Source of the DNA: Octopus vulgaris
Lineage: Eukaryota
Assembly (NCBI GenBank): GCA_951406725.2
Contig: OX597822.1
Location: 76,570,001 to 76,634,000 of the forward strand
Length of the DNA: 64,000 nucleotides
Direction of reading: 5' to 3'
The notes under the pieces are model-generated. The model saw only the letters and a list, made by a program, of their open reading frames with translations. It did no database searches and was not told where the DNA came from. Position 1 is the first letter of the stretch. Each line of letters begins with the position of its first letter. The translations under genes were made by a program, and so were the position numbers. This document shows, piece by piece, positions 13,313 through 27,319 of the stretch.

Positions 13313-13840
13313 ACTAGTTTATTAATATATATATTTTGAATTACATATATGTGGGAGGACCAAAATCTGTTAAATGCTTAGGGTCTTAATCTGGCTTTGC
13401 AAACTAGCAGCTAAATCTACTTTGAATTCTACTCTTGACATAACTAGACTTCTCATTAATCGATAAAGAAAAGGAAATAGATATGAAGGTCATGGAGGGA
13501 ATGGAGGGAATGTTTTTTCATCATAGGTCTACTTAATCAGTGCTGACCTGGTACTAAACAAAAACAACGATACACCAGGTACGACAAGCCAATGAGAGAT
13601 CCTCTTCATTGTCGCTCAAGATGCTAGAAATAGATGCAACATCTCTTTCAAACCATACATTACTGTCATAAAAGAAGGATATGTTGGATAAGGGAGTCAG
13701 TCATGGCCGGATCCTATTTGATCATAGGTCTGTTCAGTCAGGAGAAACCAGTGATTAAATGACCTCATTCATACACAAGCCCCAGTATCATTACCTTAGA
13801 CAGCCTTAATCATTATGAGCTATCAAGCAAACCCCTAAAT

Positions 13841-14729
13841 CAGTGGATCTCATCCATTTTTCACCTATGGACCCCTTTGACACCTACTCTTCTTGGGTGG
13901 ACCCTCATAGCCATTTGATGTGGTAAAAAATCCTGTTATATATTTAGAATTAAATATTATTAGGAATTGTGCTTGTGTTACATAAAAACACCTCAGTCCA
14001 CTCTACTGGGTGGTTGGTGTTAGGAAGGTCATCCAGCCATAAAAACCCTACCAAAACAGATACAGTCTGGTACAGGTTCCTGCCTCACCAGCTCCTGTCA
14101 AAGTGTCCAACCCATACCAGCATGGAAGGCAGACATTAATGATGATGAATTGCATAAAAAACTGCTAAGATATTTGGTGTTTTGAAGAAATATAAGCAAT
14201 AGGCGCAGGAGTGGCTGTGTGGTAAGTAGCTTGCTTACCAACCACATGGTTCCGGGTTCAGTCCCACTGCGTGGCATCTTGGGCAAGTGTCTTCTGCTAT
14301 AGCCTCGGGTCGACCAATGCTTTGTGAGTCGATTTGGTAGACAGAAACTGAAAGAAGCCTGTCGTATATATGTGTATATATATATATGTATGTGTGTGTA
14401 TGTTTGTGCGTCTGTGTTTGTCCCCCTAGCATTGCTTGACAACCGATGCTGGTGTGTTTACGTCCCCGTCACTTAGCGGTTCGGCAAAAAAGAACGATAG
14501 AATAAGTACTGGGCTTACAAAGAATAAGTCCCGGGGTCGATTTGCTCGACTAAAGGCGGTGCTCCAGCATGGCCGCAGTCAAATGACTGAAACAAGTAAA
14601 AGAGTAAAAGAGAGAATTTATTATACATGAATTTTAAAGACAAAATTCTTGGATTGACCCCTTCCCACCAATCCCCCCCCCCCCCCACACACACACAAGG
14701 GTCATATGAACCTCGGTTGAGAACCACTA
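13841..14729. mobile_element. hAT/Charlie-like MITE carrying nested retroelement insertions
   Basis: Termini CAGTGGATCTCATCC (13841) and GGTTGAGAACCACTA (to 14729) approximate the Charlie TIR CAGTGGTTCTCAACC. An RTE-tail fragment and a SINE lie inside. No clean TSD. Confidence 0.6.
14200..14612 (+). mobile_element. SINE family 1, best-preserved (CpG-rich) copy
   Basis: GGCGCAGGAGTGGCTGTGTGG ... GGGTTCAGTCCC ... GACTGAAACAAGTAAAAGAGTAAAAGAG. Confidence 0.92.
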
Positions 14730-15790
14730 TTCTATTGAGACACTCAACCTGCTAAAAATATCAGCCAAGTCTAATTCAAATCACACCCTACTGTTTTTAA
14801 CCCTTTTGATACCTCCCCACCCAAGATCATCCATGGTTCTATGACAAAATTCTTATTTTGAAACGATCTTAATTAAAATCTTCTCCCAAAATTTCCTGTT
14901 TATTTATTTTCCAAACTCTAGCTTAATAATGACCGAGTTGTTTTAAATTCTTCATTATTTTCAAAATTAATCAAGACAAAGACAAAGGTAGCATATTACA
15001 AGAGAAATATGAGAAGAAAACGGTTCCCTGTATGTAGGGGGAAAAGAAAACCCCAGATAGTAACAGCTGGGATGCCTGCCTGCTTAATCAGGGCTGACCT
15101 GGGGCTAAATAACAACAACATCAGTAACAAACCCTGCCACCACCACCACCACGTGTAGCTCTCCTTCCTCTTCCCCCACTCGTTCACCAACACTACCTTC
15201 TCACCCCCACCTGCCAAGGCCCAGAGTGGTTGGACATAAAGCAGCTCATTTATAATGCATTACTTAGCTGTCCAACTCCAAACAGGTGTTAAGTGCAATA
15301 CTTGAATAATTAATGACACTGATATATCATCATTAGATGAGGCAGTTGGGCAGTGATTGTATGTCGGTGGTAGAAGCAGTGGCAGCTGCTGCTATCGTTG
15401 CTGTTTAACCCCGAGTCAGCTCGGATTGAGTAAACCTATGGTCAAAGGTGTACCTTCTATAGCTATACAATCCTTTTTTCTCCTGGTTTTGTTTTCCTTT
15501 TCATATAATAGGTGCAAGCATGATTAAAAAGCATGCTTCCCAACCATGTGGTTGTGGGTTCAGTTCCACTGTGTGATACTTTGGGCAAATGTCTTCCTTT
15601 ATAGCCCTAGGCCAACTAAAGACTTGTGCACGAATTTGGTAAACCAAAATGGCAAGGAGTCTGTCAGGAAAGCTTTCTTTTTTCTGTCGAGGGCTTATAT
15701 GCCCCTTTATTAGACTATTTTCCTTAGTCATTGCACGGTGATTGCCATAAGCTTTGAGCTTATATAAAAATACCATTATTATTATTTATA

Positions 15791-15827
<37 letters not shown>

Positions 15828-16123
15828 CTAGTGGTTAGAGCAGCGGATTCGTGGTCGAGGGATCGCAGGTTCGAATCTCAGACTGGACGATGTGTGTGTT
15901 TATGAGCAAAACACCTAAGCTCCACCCGGCTCCAGCAGAAGGTAATGGCGAACTTCTGCTGACTCTTTCGCCACAACTTTATCTCACTTGACCGATAGAA
16001 TAAGTACTGGGCTTACAAAGAATAATACCCGGGGTCGAGTTGCTCGATTAAAGGCGGTGCTCCAGCATGGCCGTAGTCAAAATGACTGAAACAAGTAAAA
16101 AGAGAAAAAAAAGAGATATATAT

Positions 16124-16173
<50 letters not shown>

Positions 16174-16313
16174 GTAAGAAGCTTGCTTCCTGACTACATG
16201 GTTCCATGTTCAGTCCCATTGCATAGCTTCTTGGGCAGGTGTCTTCTTTTATAATCTCAGGGCGACTAAAGCTCTGTGTGTGGATTTAGTAGATGGAAAC
16301 TAAAAGAAACCTG

Positions 16314-16371
<58 letters not shown>

Positions 16372-16935
16372 TTATATAATAGAAATATGTTACAAAAAGA
16401 AAATAGAAACTACATGTGGAAATGTAAGGGGAAAGCAAGAAGAAAAATAAGCGTAAATGCACTTTGGAAGTCAAAAAAAAGTAAAGGCTTTTTATGAAAA
16501 GTAACGATAGATATATATAATTAGATGAACTGAGGTAGGAATAAAAGTAATAAAAGTCATTATTGTGAATTGTTAAAGAGATTCAAAAGCATATATATAT
16601 TAGGTGAAGGTGCATAGCTTAGTGGTTAGAGCTTTTGGCTCTTGAGCGTAAGGTCGTGAGTTCAATTCCCAGTGGCGTGTTGTGTCCTTGAGCAAGACTC
16701 TTTACTTCACATTGCCCCAGTCCACTCAGCCAGCAAAAATGAGTAGTACCTCAATTCAAAATGGCTGGCCTTGTTACACTGTATGTCATGCTGTATCTCC
16801 TTGAGAACTACGTTAAGGGTACATGTGTCTGTGGAGTGCTCAGCCACTTGCATGTTAATTTCATGAGCAAGCTGTTCTGTTGATTGGATCAACTGGGACC
16901 CGCGTCATCATAACTGATGGATTGCACCTTTTATT

Positions 16936-17004
<69 letters not shown>

Positions 17005-17009
<5 letters not shown>

Positions 17010-17289
17010 AAATTTATATTTAATGTAGGATAAAATATTTTTGAAAAAAAATTTTATCAATGGCCAGCATATCAAAATATACCTTTAAAGGTTAAATTTA
17101 TAAACAACTTATAAATAAGGGCAAACGAAAAATTTCTAATGCCAAATATGCCAAAAATAGACACATTGTCCATAACCATTATAATTTTTCACAATACACA
17201 TTGTGAAAAATTATGATGGTTATGGATAATGTGTCTAATTTTGGCATATTTGGCATTAGAAATTTTTTCTTTTGCCCTTATTTATAAGT

Positions 17290-17292
<3 letters not shown>
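17005..17292. mobile_element. Fold-back element with near-perfect arms of about 90 bp and a one-sided extension
   Basis: acaacttataaataagggcaaa...tttttcacaat (17104-17195) is inverted relative to attgtgaaaaa...ttatttataagttgt (17200-17292). Lies between (GT)n and (TA)n. Confidence 0.8.
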
Positions 17293-17344
<52 letters not shown>

Positions 17345-17496
17345 TTTTATTCTTTTACTAGATTCAGTCATTTGACTGCAGCCTTGCTGGAGCACCACCT
17401 TTAGTTGGGCGAATCAAGCCTAGTACTTAATCTTTCTCTCTCTTTTGCTGAACTGTGGTTGGGAAACAAGCTTCTTACTACACGGACACTCCTGCA

Positions 17497-17544
<48 letters not shown>

Positions 17545-17935
17545 AAATAAAAGCACATGGGGTAGTGCTCAGGAGTATTTGGGTCACAAATGTTGCCCTT
17601 TCTAACCAATCAACAGACTACATAAGGACCTCCTTGTTGGTTTGTGAGCACCCCTGGGTTGCAGTTGTTGTTGTTGTTGTTATTGTTGTCGTCGTTATTG
17701 CTGTTGTTGCTTAGCCTCACCAACTGAGTCGTAATCAAGCAGGACCATGATCAAAGTTTGTTTTAAACACCATTTTAATTATGGTGATGTTATTTTACTA
17801 AACACCCATAAATTTTCTATAATTTTAAAAATTAATTGAAAACACACAGGCAGCATATACTTCATTAAAAGGGTTTGATAAACAATAACATCAACACAAT
17901 CACATCTAAGGGGTTTGATTTATTTTTAATGTATC

Positions 17936-17980
<45 letters not shown>

Positions 17981-18154
17981 ATTCCTTCAACCAAAGTTAT
18001 TAACCATTAAATCATATTTACTATCTTTGCTTCACTAACATCAATACAGACTATCACCACTACTGCTGTGAGCCAACAAGTGTATCTTTAAATGGACAAC
18101 CAGCCTGTTAGAAATAGCAGCCAAACTCTCTCTCTCTCTCTCTCTCAAGCTGCA

Positions 18155-18570
18155 CACTGTGTGGTAAGTAGCTTGCTTACCAACCACATGGTTCCAGGTT
18201 CAGTCCCACTGCGTGGCACCTTGGGCAAGTGTCTTTTACTATAGCCTCGGGCCGACTAAAGCCTTGTGAGTGGATTTGGTAGACGGAAACTGAAAGGAGC
18301 CCATCATATATATATATATGTGTGTGTGTGTGTATATGTTTGTGTGTCTGTGTTTGTCCCCTCAACATCGCTTGACAACCGATGCTGGTGTGTTTACGTC
18401 GTTTGTTTCTAGTCTTCTGTAAAAGCATGTCTGATCATAAGGAATATTACCTTGCCTTAAAACAGGTGAGAGATGGTGATAGGAAGGGCAGCCAACAATA
18501 AAAAAATCTGCCTCAGTAAAAATTCCATCTGATGCATGGCGAAATAGACATTAAACTTACTGTGATAATG
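18155..18570 (+). mobile_element. SINE family 1 head joined to an RTE-type tail (variant 1b)
   Basis: Family 1 head and core, then AATATTACCTTGC..AAACAGGTGAG..AGGAAGGGCA..AATCTGCCTCA..GACATTAAA, which resembles the RTE 3' UTR end. Confidence 0.7.
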
Positions 18571-19079
18571 AGAAGCCATATTTCCTTCAAATCATACTTC
18601 TGTCTTAGAAAAAACATATTTGTCTGAATCAGCCCTTGATACACTTAAAAAGTTGGGATGGTCATGACTGGAATGCCTTTAAGCATAGGTTGTCACACTC
18701 AAATTGCACCCTACCATTTTGGAAAATGAAGGACATATTGGTCAGAATGGTCCTTAATTAAAAAATTAAAAATTGATAGGATGGTCACTGCCAGGTTTGC
18801 ATAATCAGGACCTGGGGTTAAACAGCCCCACAACACATTACACAAACATATGAAAATGAAAGTAGCCAAATTCATAAACAGGGGGCACCTTTGGAGTGTT
18901 GTGCCTCACACATGTCTATGCACTGGACGGAACTTCAGCCTTCCAAATTCTCTAACAAGGCTTTGGTTAGTTGAAGACATTTGCCCTAAGTACCATGCAG
19001 GAGGACTGAACTTGAAACCCTGTCATTGCAATCTGAGCTTCTTAACCACACACCCATACCAGGCTCTCCTTCCCTCCCT

Positions 19080-19148
<69 letters not shown>

Positions 19149-19159
19149 TTGTATATATT

Positions 19160-19523
19160 TCTTTTGTTTCAGTTATTTGACTGTGGCCATGAGCAAATCG
19201 ACCCCAGAACTTATTCTTTGTAAGCTTAGTACTTACCCTATCAGTCTCTTTTGCTGAATTGCTAAGTTATGAGCATGTAAACACACTAACATTGGTTGTC
19301 AAGCGATGGTGGGGACTACAGACACACAAATATATACATGTATACATATATATATATATACGATAGGCTTCTTTCAGTTTCCGTCTATCAAATCCACTCA
19401 CAAGGCTTTGGTTGGCCTGAGGCTATAGTAGAAGACACTTGCCCAAGGTGCCACACAGTGGGACTGAACACGGAACCATGTGGCTGGTAAGCAAACTACT
19501 TACCACACAGCCACTCCTGCGCC
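19160..19523 (-). mobile_element. SINE family 1
   Basis: Head, core and tail as above. Confidence 0.88.
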
Positions 19524-20149
19524 TATATATATGTATTTGGTAAAAGTACTATTGGAGTCTTAGTGGCATAGAAATATGGTGATTTAACGGAGTGTGTTTA
19601 GTATTGTACATCAAAGATTCACTGGTGTAGCTTAGATAAAGTAATAAATTATGTACCAATTATCCACTAGAAAAATTATGTGTCAGTTATCTTTGTAGAT
19701 GCTGTTATAACAGATGAAGTGATACATATAAAAACATGGATAGATTTAAGGATGAAATAATGGCGAAGCGCATGACAGCAGGAGAATGAATAGATTTCAA
19801 AATTATGGGAAGGGAAATGAGAGATGCCCATTATGTACTGGTTATCTGAAATGTATTAAAAAACATTAAACACAGATTTGTTGCTGTAGTGAAAGAATGC
19901 AGCTCAAAGGAAATATCCATACTAGTATTTGGTAGTATTTAAATAAATATATCAGCAGACAAATATGTCTGCCATTATACGGGAGTGGGTAGGATGCAAA
20001 ACAAAGTTGAATAAAAATAAAAAAATACCCAAAGACAAACTTCCATAGATTTTATGTTATAGACAATTACTAAAAAAAGAGATGATAATAATAATAATAA
20101 TAATAATAATAAAGAAGGAGAGAAATGATACACTACTTGATGTCACAAA

Positions 20150-20810
20150 GTGAAGCTAAATGAATAAGATGGAAAAAGAACTGATATCAACTTATGATTC
20201 TAGCATGATATACATTAGGAAAGCTCATAATAAATTGATTGAAAAAGCTACATGAACAGATTGGCTTTATATTTAAAGAAGGGTTATAATAAAGGTTGTT
20301 CGTGGATTGCCTCTAAAATGGATCAACACCCTGGAGGGTAGAAAGGAGCTAAATAATACTTCTGTTATTACCTCCCACTAAAATGGCTATAAATTACCTG
20401 CTAATAAACTCTAACTTTAACACTGGAAATGTAAGCATAAAACAAATTATTTTGAGTCCTAATGTTTATGAGATCCAACATACAAGCAAGCAAACCAGTT
20501 TTTCTGTTTTTTTTTTTCTTGCCTGCAACTCTACATCTGACGAAAATAAAACACTTAATATTTTTCTCCCAACATTCGCACATTAATCATAAAAGTGTTA
20601 TAGCGTCATTGACTGAGATTCTCTTGTTAATAATCATGGATTTTTTAACACGCTCTTTAAGTAAAGAAATCCTGATGAATCTGAAGTTCCTCATAAAATC
20701 AAATGAAAAAAGTAATATGCTAAAGTAAACTCAGATTCATATTTGAACATATAGATTAAATATTAAAGATGAAGAAGACATATGTAAAGTTGGAAATAAA
20801 CTTGTAAAAA
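20150..20810 (+). pseudogene. Decayed Penelope-like element reverse transcriptase
   Basis: Colinear degenerate motifs: ISTYDSSMIYIRKAHNKLIEK (cf. TYDFSTLYTxIPHxKL), KMAINYLLINSNFNTGNVSIKQII (cf. YF-FG---KQ--GIPMG), YSVID*DSLVNNHGFF (cf. RYIDD), DSYLNI (cf. SYLDL). Multiple stops and frameshifts. Confidence 0.7.
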
Positions 20811-22427
20811 AGTGTGTTTTTTCGATGGTAGACATGCTGCGCTAGACAATTACTATTTAAGCAATATTTTTCTCTGGTCGACTTTGCCTTTCATCCTTTC
20901 AGGGTCGATAAATTAAGTACCAGTTGCATACTGGGATTGATCTAATTGGCTAGCCCCCTCCCCACAAAAATTTTGGGCCTTTTGCCTAGAGTAGAAAACA
21001 ATATTTTTCTCTGCTTACCAACAACTTAAAATGAAATAAACCAAGGGATGTAACTCAAATAGACCATTGGCATGAAGTTCATTATCTCCTCTACAGCAAA
21101 ACACCTGTTTCTGTCTCTCTGTCTGACATCAACTTTTCATCATCTGGACGCATGATCACCTCCAATTCCCTGTCCCCTCTCAAATGAATGTTTTGTCTTG
21201 CATGGTACTTGGTGTCCCTGTCTGTGCAGGTGCCACTTAAAAAGCATCCCCATTGTAAAGTGTTTGGCATTTGGAAGGACATCCAGCTATAAAACCCTTG
21301 CCAAAACTGACCTTGCCTGTGCTTGTGCCATGTAAAAAGCACTAAGTCCACTCTGCAGAGTGGATGGTGTTAGGAAGGGTGTCCAGCTGTAAAATTCCTG
21401 CCAAGACAATTGCAGAAGTCTGGTGCAGGCTTCTGCCTGGTCGATTCCTGTCAAACCATTCTTTCCATGCCAGCATGGGAGGCAGACATTAAACAATGAT
21501 GATGATGAAGTTAAAGGATAATGTACTGAATCCTATAATTTTTGTCCTTCACTTGTTACAGTTATTGTTGGGTTTAGTTGAAGAAATCAATCTCAGGACT
21601 TATTTTTTAAGTCTGGTACCTTTCTATAGCATCTAAATTGACCATATCTAGCCCAAAACTTCTGTCTGTTTTATGTTCAAATTGACCAGATTCAGCCTCT
21701 CACGCCCATCCTATAATGTCATTCTAAACATATATACAGTCACATCGTTGCAATATAAAAGCTATTAGATAATGCATGATTAATTCAAAACAATGGGAAT
21801 AAATAAGTATTGCATTTGACAAAATAATCTGAATGCTAGAGGGTTAAAATGTTAACTGATGGGAGTATAAACAAACTAACATCGGTTGTTAAGAAGGTTT
21901 GAGGAGCAGATAAACACAAAGACACACATACGTTATCATCATCATCACCATCATCATCATCACCTTCGTCATCAGTCACCCTGATCATCATTATCATCAC
22001 CATCATCAACATCATCATCGTCACCATCACCCTCAGCATCATCATCATCGTTGTCACCATCACCCTCAGCATCATCATCACAATCACTCTCATCATCATC
22101 ATCATCACCCTCATCATCACCCTCATCATCACCCTCATCATCATCATACATCTGCTTTGCATGCTGTCATGGGTGGGACAGTTTGACAGGATTCAGCGAG
22201 GTGTCTGTGGTGCATTGCGTTCCATGTCAGCTTTGGCATGGTTCTCTACACCTGAATACCATTCCTTACATGGAAAACAAGTCTAACCATGTGTTTAACC
22301 AAGTGAAATAAATTCTTTGCTTGGAAACAGGTGAGGGTGAGCAGCAGGAATGGCATCTGACGACAGAAAAATCTGCTTCAGCAACAATTTCTGTCTGGCC
22401 AATTTCTGGTTTTGAAAAGTGAACATT

Positions 22428-22990
22428 AAATGACGACAGCGACGATGATGATGATGATGATGATGAGAATGATGTCGATGATGATGATGATGACGACGAT
22501 GAGGATGATGATGGTGATGATTATGATAACACTGATGATGATGACGAGGATGATGACGGTGATGATGATGACACTGATGATGATGACACTGATGATGATG
22601 ATGATGATGACACTGATGATAATGATGAGGATGATGACGGTGATGATGATGACACTGATGATGATGACAAGGATGATGACGATGATGATGACGAGAATGA
22701 TGATGATGATGACAGTGATGATGATGATGACAAGGATGATGATGATGAGGATGATGATGATGATGATGATGACAGTGATGATGATGATGATGATGGCAGT
22801 GATGACAAGGATGATGACAATGACAACGATGCACATGGTCATGATGACAACGACAATGAAGCGGATCATGATCATGATGAAGACGATGACAACAAGGATG
22901 ATGATGACAATGATGGCGACAACAGTGACAATTACAATGATGATGATGATAATGATGATGATTGTGATGATTATGATGATGATGAGGAGC
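22428..22990. repeat. Cryptic (GAT)n tract of about 560 bp extending from an RTE-type SINE tail
   Basis: Directly follows ...GAACATTAAATGA (1b/RTE tail). It produces the His-, Met- and Ser-rich ORFs. Confidence 0.9.
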
Positions 22991-23401
22991 AGGAGGAGGA
23001 AAACAAGGAGAACACCACAATTAAATGAATTCTTTTAAAGTGCATCATCTTCTGAAAAACCAAAAACAAAAAAAAAAGACAGACTTCATGCATTGAGCAC
23101 AATGTAACTGCTCCAACTTAAAAGAATTCAACGATATTGTACACGATTACCAAAATGAGATTACCTAGAATAATGAAAGAACATCAAAACTTATTTAATT
23201 AATTTTGGATGAGTCAGGAGCGACGTAAGAAATTCTGTGTAGAATCAGATTAAAATATCAAAGTGAACACCGTAAAATATAACTATAATTCTTTAAGAGA
23301 TTAATTTCATAAAGAATCTGTTATAAATGGAAACTTGGCAATTTATTTAATGAGATTAGCTGGCATTAACGGAGAGTACATTTGTTGACAATAACTAAAA
23401 T

Positions 23402-23450
<49 letters not shown>

Positions 23451-23544
23451 TTTAATATATATACACACACACACACACACAATTATATATATATATATAT
23501 ATACATATTTATATTATGTATGTGTATATAGATATATATGGACA

Positions 23545-23935
23545 TAGGCTTGGCTGTGTGGTAAGTAGCTTGCTTCCCAACCACATGGTTCCGGGTTCAG
23601 TCCCATTCTGTGGCACCTTGGGCAAGTGTTTCCTACTATAGCCTCGGACTGACCTAAGCCTTGTGAGAGGATTTGGTAGATGGAAACTGGAAGAAGCCCA
23701 ACTCGTATATATATGTGTGTGTGTGTGTGTATACTTGTGTGTGTATGTGTTTGTTCCCCACCACCATCGCTTGACCAACGATGTTGGTGTGCTTACGTCC
23801 CCATAACTTAGCATTTCGGCAAAAGATGGTGATAGAGTAAGTCCTGGGGTTGATTTTCTTGACTAACACCCTTTAAGGTAGTGCTCCAGCATGGCCACAG
23901 TCAAATGACTGAAACAAATAAAAGAATAACAGAGT
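23545..23935 (+). mobile_element. SINE family 1
   Basis: Full head, core and tail. Confidence 0.88.
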
Positions 23936-24625
23936 ATATATATATATATATTACTGAGATGTACTTGCATAGAGAGTGACTTGATCTGAGATCGTGTGCT
24001 GGAACGAAAACAATTGCAGCATGGAAGATGTTTATAAGCCATTTAAGAAACACACAAAAACTGTTAGATTCACTTCAACATTTAAATTTAATTTGTCATA
24101 TATATATATATATATGTGTGTGAGTGTGTGTGTGTATAGATATCTGTTATCTTTTACTTGTTTCAGTCATTAGACTCTGGCCATGCTTTAATAAATTTTT
24201 ACTCAAATGAATTGATCCTAGTACTTTTTATTTAAGTCTCATACTTATTCTATTAGTCTCTATTGCTGGACAGCTAAGCTACAAGAATGTAAAGACACTA
24301 GCACCAATTGTCAAGTAGCGATACGGCACACACACTGACATGCAGACGCACACATGCACACACATGCACGCAAACAGCCACACACACACACACATATTAT
24401 GTGTATTAATGCGTTGGTATTACTGTAACTTGCAGTCCCCTTGACAAGGGGGTGGGAATAGTAGTGAGGGAGATGTCTTAGTGCCAATTGATTAAAAAGA
24501 CAGGATGGTCACTACTGGAATGCTTTCGATCATCAGTTTGCTTGGTTAGGGCTGGACCTGGGCCTAAACAGTGACCACAAATTGAACAACCTATGAAAGT
24601 GAAAGTAGCCAAATTAATAAACAGA

Positions 24626-24765
24626 GGTATTGTGTGCAAGAGAGAAGATTGCACTTGTTTGGTCATGTGATGCACATGGATGAGGACAGCTGCATAAAGA
24701 TGTGCTGAGCTCTAACTGTGGAGGGTACCTGTGAAAGGGGTAGACCCAGGAAGACGTCAGATGGA
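24626..24765 (+). mobile_element. RTE (BovB-like) LINE fragment
   Basis: Translation VQERRLHLFGHVMHMDEDSCIKMC*ALTVEGTCERGRPRKT. Confidence 0.8.
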
Positions 24766-24848
24766 ATAGTGAGAGAGGATCATTCCTGCTACCATTCAAT
24801 AACCAGAGTTGATTTGTTTATGTCCATGTGACTTAGCAGTTCAGAAAA

Positions 24849-25067
24849 CTCTTTTTACTCTTTTACTTGTTTCAGTCATTTGGCTGGCCATGCTGAAGCA
24901 CCACCTTTTAGTCAACCAAATCGACCCCAGGACTTATTCCTTGTAAGCCTAGTACTTATTCTATTGTACTCTTTTGCCGAACCACTAAGTTACAGGGACG
25001 TAAACACACCAATATCAGTTGTCAAGCGATGTTGGAGGGGCGAACACAGACACACAAACATATACAT

Positions 25068-25101
<34 letters not shown>

Positions 25102-25275
25102 GCATATATATGACAGGCTTCTTTCAGTTTCCGTCTACCAAATCCACTCACAAGGCTTTGGTCGGCCTGAGGCTATAGTAGAAGACACTTGCCCAAGGTG
25201 CCACGCAGTGGGACTGAACCTGGAACCATGTGGTTAGTAAGCAAGCTACTTACTACACATCCACTCCTGCACCTA
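24849..25275 (-). mobile_element. SINE family 1
   Basis: Full head, core and tail. Confidence 0.88.
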
Positions 25276-25519
25276 TAAACGATAATAATTAAATAAGGGG
25301 TTGATATGTTTATAGATTTTTAAAGGATTTAAATTTTCTATTTACTGTGTTATGTGACCCCTCTAAAGTAAGCTTTTCTGAGTTGATGACAAAGTCTGGT
25401 TTGGGTTCCCATTTATTTATTTGTTAGTTTATTTTACTTCCTTTTTTATTGCCAACATAAGTGTGTATATGTGTGTTTATGTGTGTGTGTGTTGATAAAG
25501 GGCAAATAGTTTTAGACCT

Positions 25520-25835
25520 TTCATTTTTCCTATTGAACATGTGGTGTGGCCAGTAATTCCTTCTTATCTTTGTACAGCCCTTATAATCTGTCTTAACGTT
25601 GGTTCTTTTGGGTGTCTGGAAAAAATACTTCTTTCTATACTTTTTATTGATTCATTGTGTTTCTGTATAACATATCGATAGAGTATGAATACTTGCTTCA
25701 TTTCCTTGTATTCTCAATAGTGATCTGCAATTCTTGCACTTAAACTATGGGCCAGTTCTCCTATATATATTGTGGCATCATCCTTATAGTATTTTCCATA
25801 TACTTCATATGGTACGCTATATTTCTAGTTTTACA
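25520..25835 (-). pseudogene. Decayed GIY-YIG endonuclease of a Penelope-like element
   Basis: Minus-strand TRNIAY...ATIYIGELAHSLSARIADHY*EYKE...KHNE...HPKEPTLRQIIRAV matches the PLE EN pattern N-VY...YIGET-R-L--R--EH...L-RQI-EAV. Confidence 0.7.
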
Positions 25836-25877
25836 GTTTATCTATTGCTTGTTTATGTACACTCAGTGCAAACTATA

Positions 25878-26149
25878 ATAATAAAATAATAAATACGCCC
25901 TTTTAAAGCCTAGCCAGGCTCATGGGCCCGGTTTCCCAGTTTCTATGGTGTATGTGTTCATGTGTTCCCCAGCTGGATGGGATGCTAGTCCATCGCAGCT
26001 TTACTCATTTTTGCCAGCTGAATGGACTGGAACAACGTGAAATGAAGTGTTTTGCTCAAGAACACAACGCGTTGCCCGGTCCAGGAATCGAAACCACAAT
26101 CTTACAATCATGATGCTGACACCCTAACCACTAAACCATGTGCCTCCAC
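25878..26149 (-). mobile_element. SINE (family 4-type head) with a 14-bp TSD
   Basis: TSD cagtgcaaactata at 25864-25877 and 26150-26163; tRNA-like head at the right end. Confidence 0.85.
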
Positions 26150-27031
26150 CAGTGCAAACTATACTAATTATATATTAATGACTAAATGAATCTGCTTGTT
26201 TTTTTCAACTACTTTGATTTTTATCTATAAACAAAGATACCAATTCATACCTGATCAGTTGTTTACCTGTGTTTATTTTTTTCAATTCATTTATTATGTA
26301 TCTCATTTCCTGTGTACATAAACTTCAAGCTTGGTGACTCATTCTACCTTACCCTACTTAATCTAATCTCTTCCCTTTTTCCTTCCTTAATGTTCCTAGA
26401 AATACACAAATGCAATCAAACATACTTGGCCCTTTTAACCCCATTAGTGAACATCAAATCTTATCGCTTTGTCATATCTGAAACTCTGATGATCCAGATG
26501 AACCTATTCCGTTTCCAAAATGAAACATCTTGCAAGTTATAAGTGAACTTATATATATTGTATCAAATGCATGTGTATATGTAAGTATATATATGTGTGT
26601 GTGCATGTGAGCATGTGCGTTTATATGTGTATATATGTGTATATATATAGAGAGAGATAGATAGATAGATAGATAGATAGCTGCTGTATATAGATAGATA
26701 ACTACAATATAGATAAATATATAGATAGATATATAGATAAACATAGATAGATACTATATAATATATATATAGTATCTATCTATATATATCTAATATCTCT
26801 CTAGCTATATAAATACACACACACATATATATACATATACACATATAAACACACACACACACATATATACTCGCACACACGCATATATATATATATATAT
26901 CATATCCTCATCATCATTTAAGGTCAACTTTTCCCTGCTTGAATGATTCAGCCAGAATTTATTGAGGCAGGTTTTTCTTTAGTCTGATGCCTTTCCTTTC
27001 ACCACTCCTCACCTGTTTCCAAGCAAGGTAG

Positions 27032-27063
<32 letters not shown>

Positions 27064-27319
27064 TTCATGTAGGACCGGAAATGAAGAACATCACTTGTAT
27101 TATCAAGATAAGGCAACACAGACACACACACACAGACACTCACAGACAATAATCCAGCTCTATAGGAGAGAACGCCATGCAGTGGAACTGAACCTGAAAC
27201 TACATGGCTGGGAAGCAAGCTTCCTAACCACATAACTACACCTGCAGTTCTGTAACATAATATCATAATATAATTCTTTTCATGTAAGGTGAAGTGAATG
27301 ACCCATTTTTAAGTAATTA

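Noticed and set aside
22295-23038. His/Cys-rich, Met-rich and Ser-rich long ORFs
   Set aside because: All are frames of one (GAT)n expansion from a retroelement tail.
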